A model generated the notes under the pieces. That model was not told the DNA's origin. It was given only the letters and a program-made list of their open reading frames with translations, and did not search any database. Position numbers and translations under genes: made by a program. Shown here one piece after another: positions 1 through 9,293 of a DNA stretch of 64,000 nt (position 1 is its first letter; every line of letters begins with the position of its first letter). The stretch spans positions 140,150 through 204,149 of IMG/VR virus record IMGVR_UViG_3300041402_000314. The stretch is one strand, 5' to 3'.

Positions 1-264
1 TGGATAATAGTTTATATATTTTCCGTTTGATGCCATAAAGGATAAATATTTCGGGTAGTGAAATCTATGAGTTACATCTTCAAAGTCCACTCCTTCAAAC
101 TGGACCTTGGTGTACTGTTTAGTTTCGTGTTTAAAGTCACTTCCTTCGAAAAACACCGAATATTTATTTTTCTTTGGAAGATATTCAACCGTAATATTAC
201 GGATGTCGCCCACCTCTATCTTTACATTTGTTGTTATATTTTCACCATCAAAAATAATCTTCAT
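1..264 (-). CDS. hypothetical protein, partial (runs off window start)
   Basis: ATG at 264 directly after the stop of the upstream ORF; frame MKIIFDGENITT... stays open to base 1. Confidence 0.6.
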   Translation of the reverse strand, partial: MKIIFDGENITTNVKIEVGDIRNITVEYLPKKNKYSVFFEGSDFKHETKQYTKVQFEGVDFEDVTHRFHYPKYLSFMASNGKYINYYP

Positions 265-265
265 T

Positions 266-586
266 TTACTGCTCCTCGTCTTCTTCGTCTATCGGATTAA
301 GAACATATTCTCTAGCCAATTCGATTTGGTTAGTGATGAGATCAGATATTTTCTTATGGGTCTCTATAGTATCATGCTCTTCTTCGACTGTCAAGTAAAT
401 ATATGAGCCGAAATGACCATTATAATCAACACTATGGATACCATCTATCTTTTCGAGAGACATATAAAGACATTTACTTGACTCATCATAAGGAATATCG
501 CCCTCGTATTTATCGATGGATAGGAACTCATCAACATCCTCTATAGCAATAGCATAGCTTTTAGAAACCATTTCAAATTTAAGCAT
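266..586 (-). CDS. hypothetical protein
   Basis: ORF 266..607; likely start at ATG 586 (MLKFE), overlapping the end of the upstream ORF. Confidence 0.65.
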   Translation of the reverse strand: MLKFEMVSKSYAIAIEDVDEFLSIDKYEGDIPYDESSKCLYMSLEKIDGIHSVDYNGHFGSYIYLTVEEEHDTIETHKKISDLITNQIELAREYVLNPIDEEDEEQ

Positions 587-785
587 CGTATTTCTCCAAG
601 AGTTCATTTTTTATTTCCATGAGCGCATCCTGCTCTCGGATGAATTCTCTGGTTTTATGGATAAGATTTGAGGTATTGTGTAATTTCGTCTTTTCGGTTT
701 CATCTTCAGTCTTACTAGCCTTATTCGAAATCATCCAATAGAATTTTTCCAGTTCCTCTAATATCTTTTCGCCTTCGAGATTCAT
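579..785 (-). CDS. hypothetical protein
   Basis: 68 aa ORF with GGAGG RBS, downstream of the promoter at 827-855. Confidence 0.7.
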   Translation of the reverse strand: MNLEGEKILEELEKFYWMISNKASKTEDETEKTKLHNTSNLIHKTREFIREQDALMEIKNELLEKYDA

Positions 786-826
786 GTCTTGCCTCCAATT
801 AAGATTATGTCTGACTTACTAAATAC

Positions 827-855
827 ATCATATCAGAACTAATCCTTCTTGTCAA
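827..855 (-). promoter_or_regulatory. sigma70-type early promoter
   Basis: TTGACA-17nt-TATGAT on minus strand. Confidence 0.8.
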
Positions 856-1498
856 GATAAATCTCAATGTTTTCGAAACCATATTTTTCTAATTCCTTGG
901 CATAGTCTTCAGCCTCATCCCTAGTCAACCCATATTTGTCTGGTCTTAGAGATATAGGATGATCACCAGTAACATACCATTTTTCTTTTCGGTCTTTGGC
1001 TTCGTGTATTACAAGATGGAAGTTCTGGGCATTAGTCTTAGCTCTTCGCTCACCATTACAGTATTTAGGGTCACAGTTACGCACAAACCAATCGGTTATC
1101 ATATCATAATCAACCATACGACTGATTGGATGCCAGAATAATACCTTGAGGTCATCTACAGTATTCCATAGAACAGAAATGTTTACAGGCATATCATTTA
1201 CTTCACCGACCTTTACCATCAGACCAGAATTATCCTGTACCCACTCATTTTTACGTTCCTGACAATCTTTCCATAGATAGAGACTTTCACAGCTATTGGC
1301 CTCAACCACAAAATCAGTTGTTTTGAATCGAGTATCTGAATGTTTAGTTAGGTCATATTCATTCACGTCTGACGGCTTTAAGGGAACTGCAATATGTCTG
1401 GGGTCTGTGTTGATATGAAACCATAGATTCCCATTATATCGAATTTTCTCTCCACAAGCAACACAAATAGCTTCTTCACCTTTTTTAGGGTCTTTCAT
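839..1498 (-). CDS. hypothetical protein with N-terminal CxxC
   Basis: 219 aa ORF in a tightly packed minus-strand operon. Confidence 0.75.
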   Translation of the reverse strand: MKDPKKGEEAICVACGEKIRYNGNLWFHINTDPRHIAVPLKPSDVNEYDLTKHSDTRFKTTDFVVEANSCESLYLWKDCQERKNEWVQDNSGLMVKVGEVNDMPVNISVLWNTVDDLKVLFWHPISRMVDYDMITDWFVRNCDPKYCNGERRAKTNAQNFHLVIHEAKDRKEKWYVTGDHPISLRPDKYGLTRDEAEDYAKELEKYGFENIEIYLDKKD

Positions 1499-1499
1499 C

Positions 1500-1715
1500 T
1501 TATTTCTCCCTCTGACTTTCTAATAGGTTTTCGAAATCGATCTGATAATTAGATAAATCAGTTAGGTCATATGGGTTTATAGGTACACCATGTCTATGAC
1601 TAGAAGTAACTCTATTTATCTTCCCTAACAATTTCTGAATACCCATCATCAACTCTTTATTTTTACAAGTATGTGTAAGGGATTCGCCTTTACAGCCTAG
1701 ACAAATTTCACTCAT
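1500..1715 (-). CDS. hypothetical protein
   Basis: 71 aa ORF, GGAGAG RBS, abuts neighbours. Confidence 0.65.
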   Translation of the reverse strand: MSEICLGCKGESLTHTCKNKELMMGIQKLLGKINRVTSSHRHGVPINPYDLTDLSNYQIDFENLLESQREK

Positions 1716-1717
1716 GA

Positions 1718-2374
1718 TTAGCTCTCCTCTCCGAGTATATTAAGGATTTCGGTCTCTTGCTCAATGAGCGTAGAGATAACTTCCTTTATCTGTTCAACAG
1801 TAAGCTCCTTATATCTGAGATATTTCGGATTCTTGCTATAATTATCATCAGAGAATTTTATTCTTTTCTCGCCATGTATGATAAAAGAATAACCTCTATA
1901 TTCGAACGTAGTCTGAAATTCTGATCTGGAATATGTTTCCAGTTCCACACCTTCGAAGTTACTGATAACGAATTTTTTGTTATCCTCTTTAATGGGTTTA
2001 TATTCTCCATCTTCTTTGAGAATCTTCGAGGCATCAGTAAGCATCTCAATGACTCTCTTATCAAGAGCGGTAACATCGACCTCGCTGAAATCCTTTCTCA
2101 GTTTATTGGCCTTGAGATCATCTAACTTACCGTTATAACCAGCTACCGCACTAACCTTTAGTCTGATAGCATGTTTATTTTCACGTATCCATGATTCTGT
2201 AAATACTCTTTCCCTGTGGATAGTGACGACAGCATTTTTTCTATAATCAATGATGTTGGTCCTGATTTCGCTACCGTCAAGCTCATAAATGTTATTGATG
2301 GCATTCAATCTTAATAGAAGGTTTTCCCATCTCAGTTGTAACGCCTCTTGTTCTGCTCTCGCTTGATCATTCAT
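1718..2374 (-). CDS. hypothetical protein
   Basis: 218 aa ORF, GGAG RBS, first gene after promoter 2415-2443. Confidence 0.75.
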   Translation of the reverse strand: MNDQARAEQEALQLRWENLLLRLNAINNIYELDGSEIRTNIIDYRKNAVVTIHRERVFTESWIRENKHAIRLKVSAVAGYNGKLDDLKANKLRKDFSEVDVTALDKRVIEMLTDASKILKEDGEYKPIKEDNKKFVISNFEGVELETYSRSEFQTTFEYRGYSFIIHGEKRIKFSDDNYSKNPKYLRYKELTVEQIKEVISTLIEQETEILNILGEES

Positions 2375-2414
2375 TTTGATTCTCCATATAAAGTTAATTC
2401 CGATTTATGAATAC

Positions 2415-2443
2415 AGCATATCAGAACATAACCTAGATGTCAA
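2415..2443 (-). promoter_or_regulatory. sigma70-type early promoter
   Basis: TTGACA-17nt-TATGCT. Confidence 0.75.
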
Positions 2444-2673
2444 GTATTATTATTTAATATTTTCTCATATTCCCTAATTGGTCTGGTAACGAGTAAATCC
2501 GCCCTGAGATTCATACCAATATTTTGTATATTATTCATAGCTTCACCAGCATATGATATATCTCCACTATCTCTCATACTACGAGCTGTACGATCAAGAT
2601 CAATCGCATAGTCTCTTAATTGGTTTGCCATACGATCAATAACTTCCGCTGTTGGTTCTACATCTATTTTCAT
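2440..2673 (-). CDS. hypothetical protein
   Basis: 77 aa ORF with GGAGG RBS. Confidence 0.7.
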   Translation of the reverse strand: MKIDVEPTAEVIDRMANQLRDYAIDLDRTARSMRDSGDISYAGEAMNNIQNIGMNLRADLLVTRPIREYEKILNNNT

Positions 2674-2819
2674 GATATTTCCTCCGCTTGTTCTATTAAA
2701 CGTTTAGCACGTTGTAATGATGATTCATAAAGAGAAATGAATCCTTCAGCATTAAACCATATAGCCATTTTCAATTCCTCTTTAGCTAGAATTAATAATA
2801 TGCGTTTTCTGGTAGACAT

Positions 2820-3092
2820 TTAAAAATGCTCCTCTGAGTCATCACCAATACAATCATATGCTTTCCTATCATAACTAGAACTAAATCCTAGAAATAAAGA
2901 ATTTAAAACAGCCGTGATGAGTATAAATGGAAATAGATAAAATAAAGATTCTAAATCTCTAACGGTAACTACATCAAAATTCATAGTTGCTAAGACAATT
3001 AAGCCTAAGATTAACCCACCGAACATTCCAAAGAAAGTGATGATAGTAAGTCTTTTAAATATCCGAGATTTATTAAGATAGTTTTCAAACAT
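2820..3092 (-). CDS. small two-TM membrane protein
   Basis: two long hydrophobic segments. Confidence 0.65.
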   Translation of the reverse strand: MFENYLNKSRIFKRLTIITFFGMFGGLILGLIVLATMNFDVVTVRDLESLFYLFPFILITAVLNSLFLGFSSSYDRKAYDCIGDDSEEHF

Positions 3093-3093
3093 T

Positions 3094-3357
3094 TTATTTC
3101 TCCTTCTTTCTTTTAGATGAATATAATACTTTTTCTTGGTCTACTGTTTTCCACCATTTATTCCAATACTTTTGAAAAATATCAAGTGAGAAAAATAAGA
3201 GAACAAAAAGAAGTGTAAAGAATCCTAACATCCCAACTTCCAATATAAATGGTATATCTTTGACTTTAATTTCTCCAGCATCATTTAATATAATAATACT
3301 ACTACCAATGATTCCAGAAAGCAACCATAAAATTGCAATTAAAATAAAATCAATCAT
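3094..3357 (-). CDS. small two-TM membrane protein
   Basis: two hydrophobic segments and a basic tail; GGAGG RBS. Confidence 0.65.
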   Translation of the reverse strand: MIDFILIAILWLLSGIIGSSIIILNDAGEIKVKDIPFILEVGMLGFFTLLFVLLFFSLDIFQKYWNKWWKTVDQEKVLYSSKRKKEK

Positions 3358-3361
3358 TGTA

Positions 3362-3748
3362 TTAATCCTCCATTAATTCAAGACATTGATTAAGTGTTAT
3401 TAAGGCAAAAGGCATATCTAATTTATATTTAGCGCAATCTCTTACTACAAGACCACGTTTAAGACAGCTCTTAGCTGGTGAACCTATTTTACAGTCATTA
3501 TCTTTGCCTCCACCTTCACAGGTATATTCTATTAATCGGTATATACCATCTGCTCTAGTCTTACCCTCTCTTATCCACCACGTAGGTATAAAAACAAGTT
3601 CTGAAGGGATTACTTCACCTGATATAAGATGAGTTGTGATACCATCTGTCAATTCGGCAAATTTAATACCAGTCAACTTACTTATCTTGATCATCTTCGT
3701 TAGTTTATCTTTCATCAGACTTCTCCTTTTCAATCGCCTGTTTGACAT
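3362..3748 (-). CDS. hypothetical protein
   Basis: ORF in operon; start may be the internal MKDKL. Confidence 0.6.
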   Translation of the reverse strand: MSNRRLKRRSLMKDKLTKMIKISKLTGIKFAELTDGITTHLISGEVIPSELVFIPTWWIREGKTRADGIYRLIEYTCEGGGKDNDCKIGSPAKSCLKRGLVVRDCAKYKLDMPFALITLNQCLELMED

Positions 3749-4232
3749 CTTCTTCCATCCCTAATACACATTCTTTAACAAACCTCTTCTTTAAATATAT
3801 TTCACCGCAAGGTTTCTTCATTGGTTGTACACCGACTATTTCATTTTTGTATAACTGAGGAAATACCCTTCTAACAGGTAACTCTATTAACTGCCAATGA
3901 TTGAATAGTTCTTTGAGTAATCTTATCGCCCTTTCTAAAGCCGATTCTTTATTATGTTTTCCTTTTGGCGGATAAGGTATTTCTTCATATGTACCATCTG
4001 GCAACACATTCCAAACTTTATCACTATCAAAATTGGTTTCTGATGCATCTGGATTAAGATGTATATGATTATGACCTCTAGGGTTTATCCAGAATACATG
4101 TTCTTTCGGATTCCTTAAACAAACATATACAGAATTTCCATCCATTACTCTACGCCAACTTTCTTGTCTTTCTATTAGACTTTGACAAATAGGGCAATGT
4201 CGCATACCTGTTATTCTGGAAGCTTCATTCAT
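3705..4232 (-). CDS. hypothetical protein with N-terminal CxxC and an embedded gp23 (Gol-like) capsid peptide
   Basis: LPVRRVFPQLYKNEIVGVQPMKKPCG matches the T4-like major capsid motif VRRxxPxLxxxxIxGVQPMxxPxG. Confidence 0.7.
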   Translation of the reverse strand: MNEASRITGMRHCPICQSLIERQESWRRVMDGNSVYVCLRNPKEHVFWINPRGHNHIHLNPDASETNFDSDKVWNVLPDGTYEEIPYPPKGKHNKESALERAIRLLKELFNHWQLIELPVRRVFPQLYKNEIVGVQPMKKPCGEIYLKKRFVKECVLGMEEDVKQAIEKEKSDER

Positions 4233-4235
4233 TTG

Positions 4236-4451
4236 TCAAGCTCCCTTAAAGATAATAGCATTGATTTCTTTAATTCGCTCCAAATACAATTCAGTCATTT
4301 TCTTTCCGTGAGCATCATCACCGAGTCCATCATGTCTCAAATCCAAAGCCATATGATTTAAAGCTGCTCTTATGGTCATGGCATGAGCATCATTTAACAC
4401 TATATTATTAACGGTGATTTTAGGTTCTTTATATATGTTACCCATTTTCAA
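4236..4451 (-). CDS. hypothetical protein
   Basis: 71 aa ORF in operon. Confidence 0.65.
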   Translation of the reverse strand: MKMGNIYKEPKITVNNIVLNDAHAMTIRAALNHMALDLRHDGLGDDAHGKKMTELYLERIKEINAIIFKGA

Positions 4452-4774
4452 ACTCCCTCTAACTTATCTATAAGTTTCTGGTTTTCAAATATTTCAATAT
4501 GTGGTGTTGTTTCATGTGGGCATACATCAGGAAGAATCAAAACCGAGTTACCATGTTGTTCAAGAACTGCAAGCAATGCCTCTTGATTCCTCTTTAGAGC
4601 CTCTAACAATTCCAATGCTACAAGAGCGAGTCTATCTTTACCACCAAAACAATTATCACAGTAACAATTTTCTCTTGCTATCGGTGTATCATCCTCATCG
4701 TATATGTCACTATACATTGGGTTACGTTTATCTTTATAACAAAGATCATCATATAGTTTACTCATCACAACCAC
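4448..4774 (-). CDS. hypothetical protein (CxCxxC motif)
   Basis: CYCDNCFGG; first gene after promoter 4807-4835. Confidence 0.7.
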   Translation of the reverse strand: MVVMSKLYDDLCYKDKRNPMYSDIYDEDDTPIARENCYCDNCFGGKDRLALVALELLEALKRNQEALLAVLEQHGNSVLILPDVCPHETTPHIEIFENQKLIDKLEGV

Positions 4775-4806
4775 CTTTAATTAGTGTTTCAATTGATTAT
4801 GAGTAC

Positions 4807-4835
4807 AGCTTATCACAGGTAAATATGAATGTCAA
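4807..4835 (-). promoter_or_regulatory. sigma70-type early promoter
   Basis: TTGACA-17nt-TAAGCT; flanks similar to those of the promoter at 6100. Confidence 0.7.
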
Positions 4836-5005
4836 GAACTATTTTAATTAAATTTATTATTTAAGGTATGAGCCTAATAAATATGCAACGGCTATTACTG
4901 CACTGAAAATACCACCAACACATAAAGACTTCATATCCATATCCATTCCGAGACCTATGACTATTCCTGAAATGATAATCCATGCTGCTAATTTTATATA
5001 TAAAT

Positions 5006-5248
5006 TCATTTTACTCTCCTTAAAGCACTCTTTTTGATTCCCAGAAATTGAGCTGTAGACGCATTTGATTTACATACTGTCCTAAAAGATGAATCGAAGT
5101 GATGACCAACCACTTCACTATTCATAACGCCAGAAATGAGACGAACTATCGTTCCTTTCTTAACGCCCGAATGACCGTTAGTTAAAACTTCATATTCATC
5201 ATCACTTAAATTATGTAATTTACCATCATATCCCTTTATCTGTTTCAT
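5006..5248 (-). CDS. hypothetical protein
   Basis: likely start MKQIKG at 5248 after GGGAGA RBS. Confidence 0.6.
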   Translation of the reverse strand: MKQIKGYDGKLHNLSDDEYEVLTNGHSGVKKGTIVRLISGVMNSEVVGHHFDSSFRTVCKSNASTAQFLGIKKSALRRVK

Positions 5249-5249
5249 T

Positions 5250-5489
5250 TTATTCTCCCTCTCTGCCGAAGTAATCAAGGCTAAACCAACTACCATTATC
5301 CACTAACTCTGTATACAGTCCGTCTATTGATGTTTCCAAGCAATAAAGACTATCTCTTTCTGAATAGAAAAACCTTTGGCCTTTAGCACCTAATCTTTTC
5401 AACATGTTATTCGCTAACTTACATTGCTCTTCAGCATGTTCTTTGTTCTCAATCTTTACCAGTTCAATCCATACTTTAGTTTTAGTCAT
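5250..5489 (-). CDS. hypothetical protein
   Basis: 79 aa ORF with AGGAG RBS. Confidence 0.65.
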   Translation of the reverse strand: MTKTKVWIELVKIENKEHAEEQCKLANNMLKRLGAKGQRFFYSERDSLYCLETSIDGLYTELVDNGSWFSLDYFGREGE

Positions 5490-5713
5490 TTGATCGCTCC
5501 TTTATATTTGATAATTTACCAACCTTAGATACCATATGTCTCGATTGCTTTATTCATTTGATCTTTAGTAATCAACCGAACCTCAAAACCAGCGTCATTC
5601 CATGCCTTTACAGTTACTAATGATATTGACACATTTTTTGGGTCTGCACTGACGATTCCTAAAATTTTCTCACCCATTAGAGGGAATGCACAATAATACA
5701 TATTATTTCTCCT

Positions 5714-6058
5714 TTATGAAGTAATTCTACCAGCTTTCGAAGCGTCTTCAGCGTATATACTGAGAGGAAAGTTAAACGATGCGTACCTATCTCTTTCGAC
5801 ACCCAGACCAAATGGTGGGAATCTCATTGCTTCGAGTTCATCCCTAGAAACGTATCCTAACTCAGGGAACCCTTGCCCAAGATCACAGAGACCGAAGAAC
5901 ATTCTGCTCTCCTCGTCATATTCCGTAATTAACCATGTACATGCTCCGCCACCGAAAAACTTAACTACTGGTATGAAGTCAGACTCCCCACCAGACTCTT
6001 GATTGATCTTAGAGTTCCTAACCAGCTTATCTTCGATTATCTTAGTCATTAGTTTCAT
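5714..6058 (-). CDS. DUF2958-family protein
   Basis: PVVKFFxxGACTWLITE...FFGLCDLGxGFPELGYVSxxEL...GLGVERD signature. Confidence 0.85.
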   Translation of the reverse strand: MKLMTKIIEDKLVRNSKINQESGGESDFIPVVKFFGGGACTWLITEYDEESRMFFGLCDLGQGFPELGYVSRDELEAMRFPPFGLGVERDRYASFNFPLSIYAEDASKAGRITS

Positions 6059-6099
6059 TTCGATCTCCTTTAATTAATGTTTCTCTTAATTATGAGTAC

Positions 6100-6128
6100 A
6101 GCTTATCATAGGTAGATGTGGAAGTCAA
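6100..6128 (-). promoter_or_regulatory. sigma70-type early promoter
   Basis: TTGACT-17nt-TAAGCT. Confidence 0.7.
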
Positions 6129-6140
6129 GAACTATTTTAT

Positions 6141-6176
6141 AAAAAAAGGTAGGCCGAATTAACGACCCACCTTTTT
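6141..6176 (-). terminator. intrinsic terminator of the PspA operon
   Basis: GC hairpin flanked by A7 and T5 tracts. Confidence 0.7.
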
Positions 6177-6197
6177 GATACCATATATTTATTATTG

Positions 6198-6959
6198 TTA
6201 CTTCTTAAGAGCAGCTAAACGATCTTGAATACTCATAGTGGAAGTATCATCTCCACCACCCATAGCAGCCGTGATATTGGGGTCTTCATCGAGTCCACCA
6301 GTAGGCTTCAGAAGACGTGCTTTCATTGTTGATGCATCGGCAGACGCTTTGGCATCATCAGTACGTTTCTGCATGGCTTCGATAGCAGTATTGATACCAC
6401 CTGTCTTGCTCCTAATACCACTGGCAAGCTCGGCACGTTTCGCCTTCTTCTTAGCACGTTCCTCTGCCAGTTGTGCTTTCTGCATACCCTGTTTTGCCTT
6501 CTTAAGTTCGGCACGAGCATCTTTGAGAGTATCAGCCGCTTCAGAAGCGGTAGCTTCGAGTTCATCCAACATTTCCTTGGCATCGATAGCTTCTTGCTTC
6601 TCACGCTCGACATCATCTCCCATTTCTTCGAGAAGACCAAGAAGGGTTCCGAGACTAGCGGATAGAGAGGCAACCTTTGTATCATCGTCTCCTGCTTCTG
6701 CTATCTGATTCTGAAGAGTCTCGGCAGCTTGTAACCTCTGATTATAGAGCTTGACGATTTCATCCGCTTCCCTCTGCTCCTTTCCATGCTCGACTCTCGC
6801 CTGACCAGCTTCTTTAAGAATCTGATTTAGGTTATCATCCATCATTTTGATGGTGGCTTCAGTAGCTCCCTCGGTATCGTATCTAACGATAGCACCAGCA
6901 AGAGCCTCACCCGCATCTTCGATTTTTGTTTTTGTAAACGCTGATAGAAATTTTAACAT
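6198..6959 (-). CDS. PspA/IM30-like coiled-coil protein
   Basis: amphipathic N-terminus, long heptad coiled coil, C-terminal QDRLAALKK; next to a DUF2491-like gene as in yjfJ-yjfK. Confidence 0.7.
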   Translation of the reverse strand: MLKFLSAFTKTKIEDAGEALAGAIVRYDTEGATEATIKMMDDNLNQILKEAGQARVEHGKEQREADEIVKLYNQRLQAAETLQNQIAEAGDDDTKVASLSASLGTLLGLLEEMGDDVEREKQEAIDAKEMLDELEATASEAADTLKDARAELKKAKQGMQKAQLAEERAKKKAKRAELASGIRSKTGGINTAIEAMQKRTDDAKASADASTMKARLLKPTGGLDEDPNITAAMGGGDDTSTMSIQDRLAALKK

Positions 6960-6978
6960 TTTATTTCTCCTTTTTATT

Positions 6979-7659
6979 TTAGATTATTGATAGTGACATA
7001 GGATGAATTGTAAATCCTTTATATATGACTATATTAGCAAATACCTCACCCATATCATCTTCCAGATCGAATTCGACTGCTACCAGTAGATATTCTGTTT
7101 CATCGCTGTTGAGAAACCTGTTGAATAGCATAGCATCACTATTATATTCGCCTTCTTCGGCTTCAGATTGTTCACCAGTTATTTCAATATCTTCCACAAT
7201 ACTGACTGGAGATGACCATTCACCGCTACCCCAAAGTCGTAAATAGGTTTCATCGTCTGGAGTCTCAATATCGGAATAGCCTATTAGACCGTCATCCGTA
7301 TCAAGCCAATCACTCCAATCTTCATCCGATTGAGGCTCAAACCCATAAGTCTGTTTGAAGAGAATAACTTCAGAACCATCCTTATTGAGTTGCATGAATA
7401 CTTCATTATCGTTTTCCGTATTCTTCATGTAGACTCTATAAGTCTTATCTCCGAATATCTTGAGTCGGGAAATTGCGAGGACGGTGTATTTACCGCCCTC
7501 GAACCATTCCAATTCAGGATTTAAGAGAGATGGGGTATCATCCAAAGTTATCAGGCTGTTTAATCTGATTCCTAGAGGAGCATCATCATGGACAATACCC
7601 TTTTTGGAATCCTTACGTTCCTTTAACTTATGTTTGAAGTAATCACCGACAAAACTCAT
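6979..7659 (-). CDS. DUF2491 (YjfK-like) protein
   Basis: PLGIRL, WxxWL..GLIG, YxRxW, AMLFxR, EYLLV motifs. Confidence 0.7.
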   Translation of the reverse strand: MSFVGDYFKHKLKERKDSKKGIVHDDAPLGIRLNSLITLDDTPSLLNPELEWFEGGKYTVLAISRLKIFGDKTYRVYMKNTENDNEVFMQLNKDGSEVILFKQTYGFEPQSDEDWSDWLDTDDGLIGYSDIETPDDETYLRLWGSGEWSSPVSIVEDIEITGEQSEAEEGEYNSDAMLFNRFLNSDETEYLLVAVEFDLEDDMGEVFANIVIYKGFTIHPMSLSII

Positions 7660-7661
7660 GA

Positions 7662-9266
7662 TTATCTCCCACTCGCCTGATTTCTGATAGAGGGTATAAC
7701 ACTATTTATCTCTTCCAGAAGGGCATCAAATACGGCTGGATTTTTATTCTTCCATTTGTTGGAAATGATCATATCCATATCAACGGTAATGGTATCGATA
7801 TCACTGCTACCAAGCCATCCAGATTGGAGTTTACCGTAAGTACCTGCCTTGATAGTACCGAACTTATAAATTGGCTTATTACCGGGGTCTTTCAGATTAT
7901 CAAGACTACCATCTTCGATATTAGCCAATTTAAGTTCACCTCTACTACCAAGTTGTACGGCATTCCTCATGCTTCTGGCATTGATACCAGTAACAGCCAG
8001 TAAACAATCGGCTTGCCCATTAGTAACCTTAAGTACATTACCGCTCATACTCTTAGAGACCTTTACATTCACATCAGCATAATCGCTATTCTCGGCAACG
8101 AAATTTGCCCATGTCAGATAAGAACCAGAGTTTTCATAACCCACGAGAACCGTATTACCTGAGTCGAGGTCATCAATAGAATTGATATCGGCTTCAGTGT
8201 TACAAATAAGATGAGCATACTCGGTATATACAGACGGTATCCTTGAATAATTTAGCTTAGAGTTGTTCTTCTGAGCATGAATCCAGTAACCGTCTCTTTG
8301 TACAAATGCAGCATCACAATGACCAGCATCTATTTTCTTGAGGTTATCCATAGTACCTTCTGTACGAAGAACCTTTCCGTCTACGCTCATAGTAGCATTA
8401 GAAATCACGTTACCTGCATAGTAATACATACCGTCTGTTCCACCTGTACAAATAGTTAGTGTAGGCTTAACGGCATTTGTTACGTCCTGAGATAGTGCAA
8501 TATCAGCATCAACGCCTTCAGGAAGATAATTGGTATCGCGTGTACCGCTCATCTGAGATACTTCACGATCAAGACGATCAAGCTTTGCTCTTAGCTCGGC
8601 ATTCTCTCTTGCTTGCATATTAGCTTCCTGTCTCCAACCCTGATAACCAGCATTGTTATATTGGTTATATGCAAAACTATTATTTGAATTATCTAGCATC
8701 ATGTAAAGGAACATCGCATCCCACATACCGTAGCTCGAAGAACCGTAATATACATATGATGGCGCATTGTAGCCACTATAATATGAAGTCCTTCTGGTAT
8801 CATAAGTTCTCGGATTATAATTAGAAGTCCTTTGGGCAATTTTATTATTACTATATTTTCTCTTCAGCTTTGAAGTACGTACTGCTTTCTGCTTAGAGGT
8901 CTGAGTCTTCTTATTCGACTTCTTGAATTTAGAAGTATACGCAGCACTACGCTTCTTCGCTACAGTCTTCGGTGCTTTATTTTTAGCCCTTTGCTTACTA
9001 ATCTTTGTCTTAGATGAGGTAGTCTTTGAGACTGCCTTCATTTTTCTCTTCGGCCTAGAAGTTGTTACGGTCTTAGACCTTGAAGAACTTCTCTTTCTTG
9101 CGTTTGAGAAAGAGCTTTTTGAACTACCCCAACTCTTTGAACTTGAGAAGCTTTTGGATGAAGAAAAACTCCTTCCGCCTCCACCCCTCCGAGCCTCTAC
9201 TTCAACATAAGTCCATGTTGATATGAGAATCAATGCCAGTGCTATAATACTCAATTTGGTTTTCAT
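7662..9266 (-). CDS. exported protein: Ser/Lys/Arg-rich low-complexity N-terminus fused to a TAXI-type TRAP solute-binding domain
   Basis: signal peptide; TGGxxGxYY, TxGTxDNL, AFVQxD, YxExxHL motifs. Confidence 0.75.
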   Translation of the reverse strand: MKTKLSIIALALILISTWTYVEVEARRGGGGRSFSSSKSFSSSKSWGSSKSSFSNARKRSSSRSKTVTTSRPKRKMKAVSKTTSSKTKISKQRAKNKAPKTVAKKRSAAYTSKFKKSNKKTQTSKQKAVRTSKLKRKYSNNKIAQRTSNYNPRTYDTRRTSYYSGYNAPSYVYYGSSSYGMWDAMFLYMMLDNSNNSFAYNQYNNAGYQGWRQEANMQARENAELRAKLDRLDREVSQMSGTRDTNYLPEGVDADIALSQDVTNAVKPTLTICTGGTDGMYYYAGNVISNATMSVDGKVLRTEGTMDNLKKIDAGHCDAAFVQRDGYWIHAQKNNSKLNYSRIPSVYTEYAHLICNTEADINSIDDLDSGNTVLVGYENSGSYLTWANFVAENSDYADVNVKVSKSMSGNVLKVTNGQADCLLAVTGINARSMRNAVQLGSRGELKLANIEDGSLDNLKDPGNKPIYKFGTIKAGTYGKLQSGWLGSSDIDTITVDMDMIISNKWKNKNPAVFDALLEEINSVIPSIRNQASGR

Positions 9267-9293
9267 GTTACTTTATCCTCCTATATTTCCTTA

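Noticed and set aside
6238-9210. Plus-strand shadow ORFs (e.g. 6238..6708, 8923..9210) and similar antisense ORFs elsewhere
   Set aside because: They are antisense to well-supported genes and reflect codon bias.
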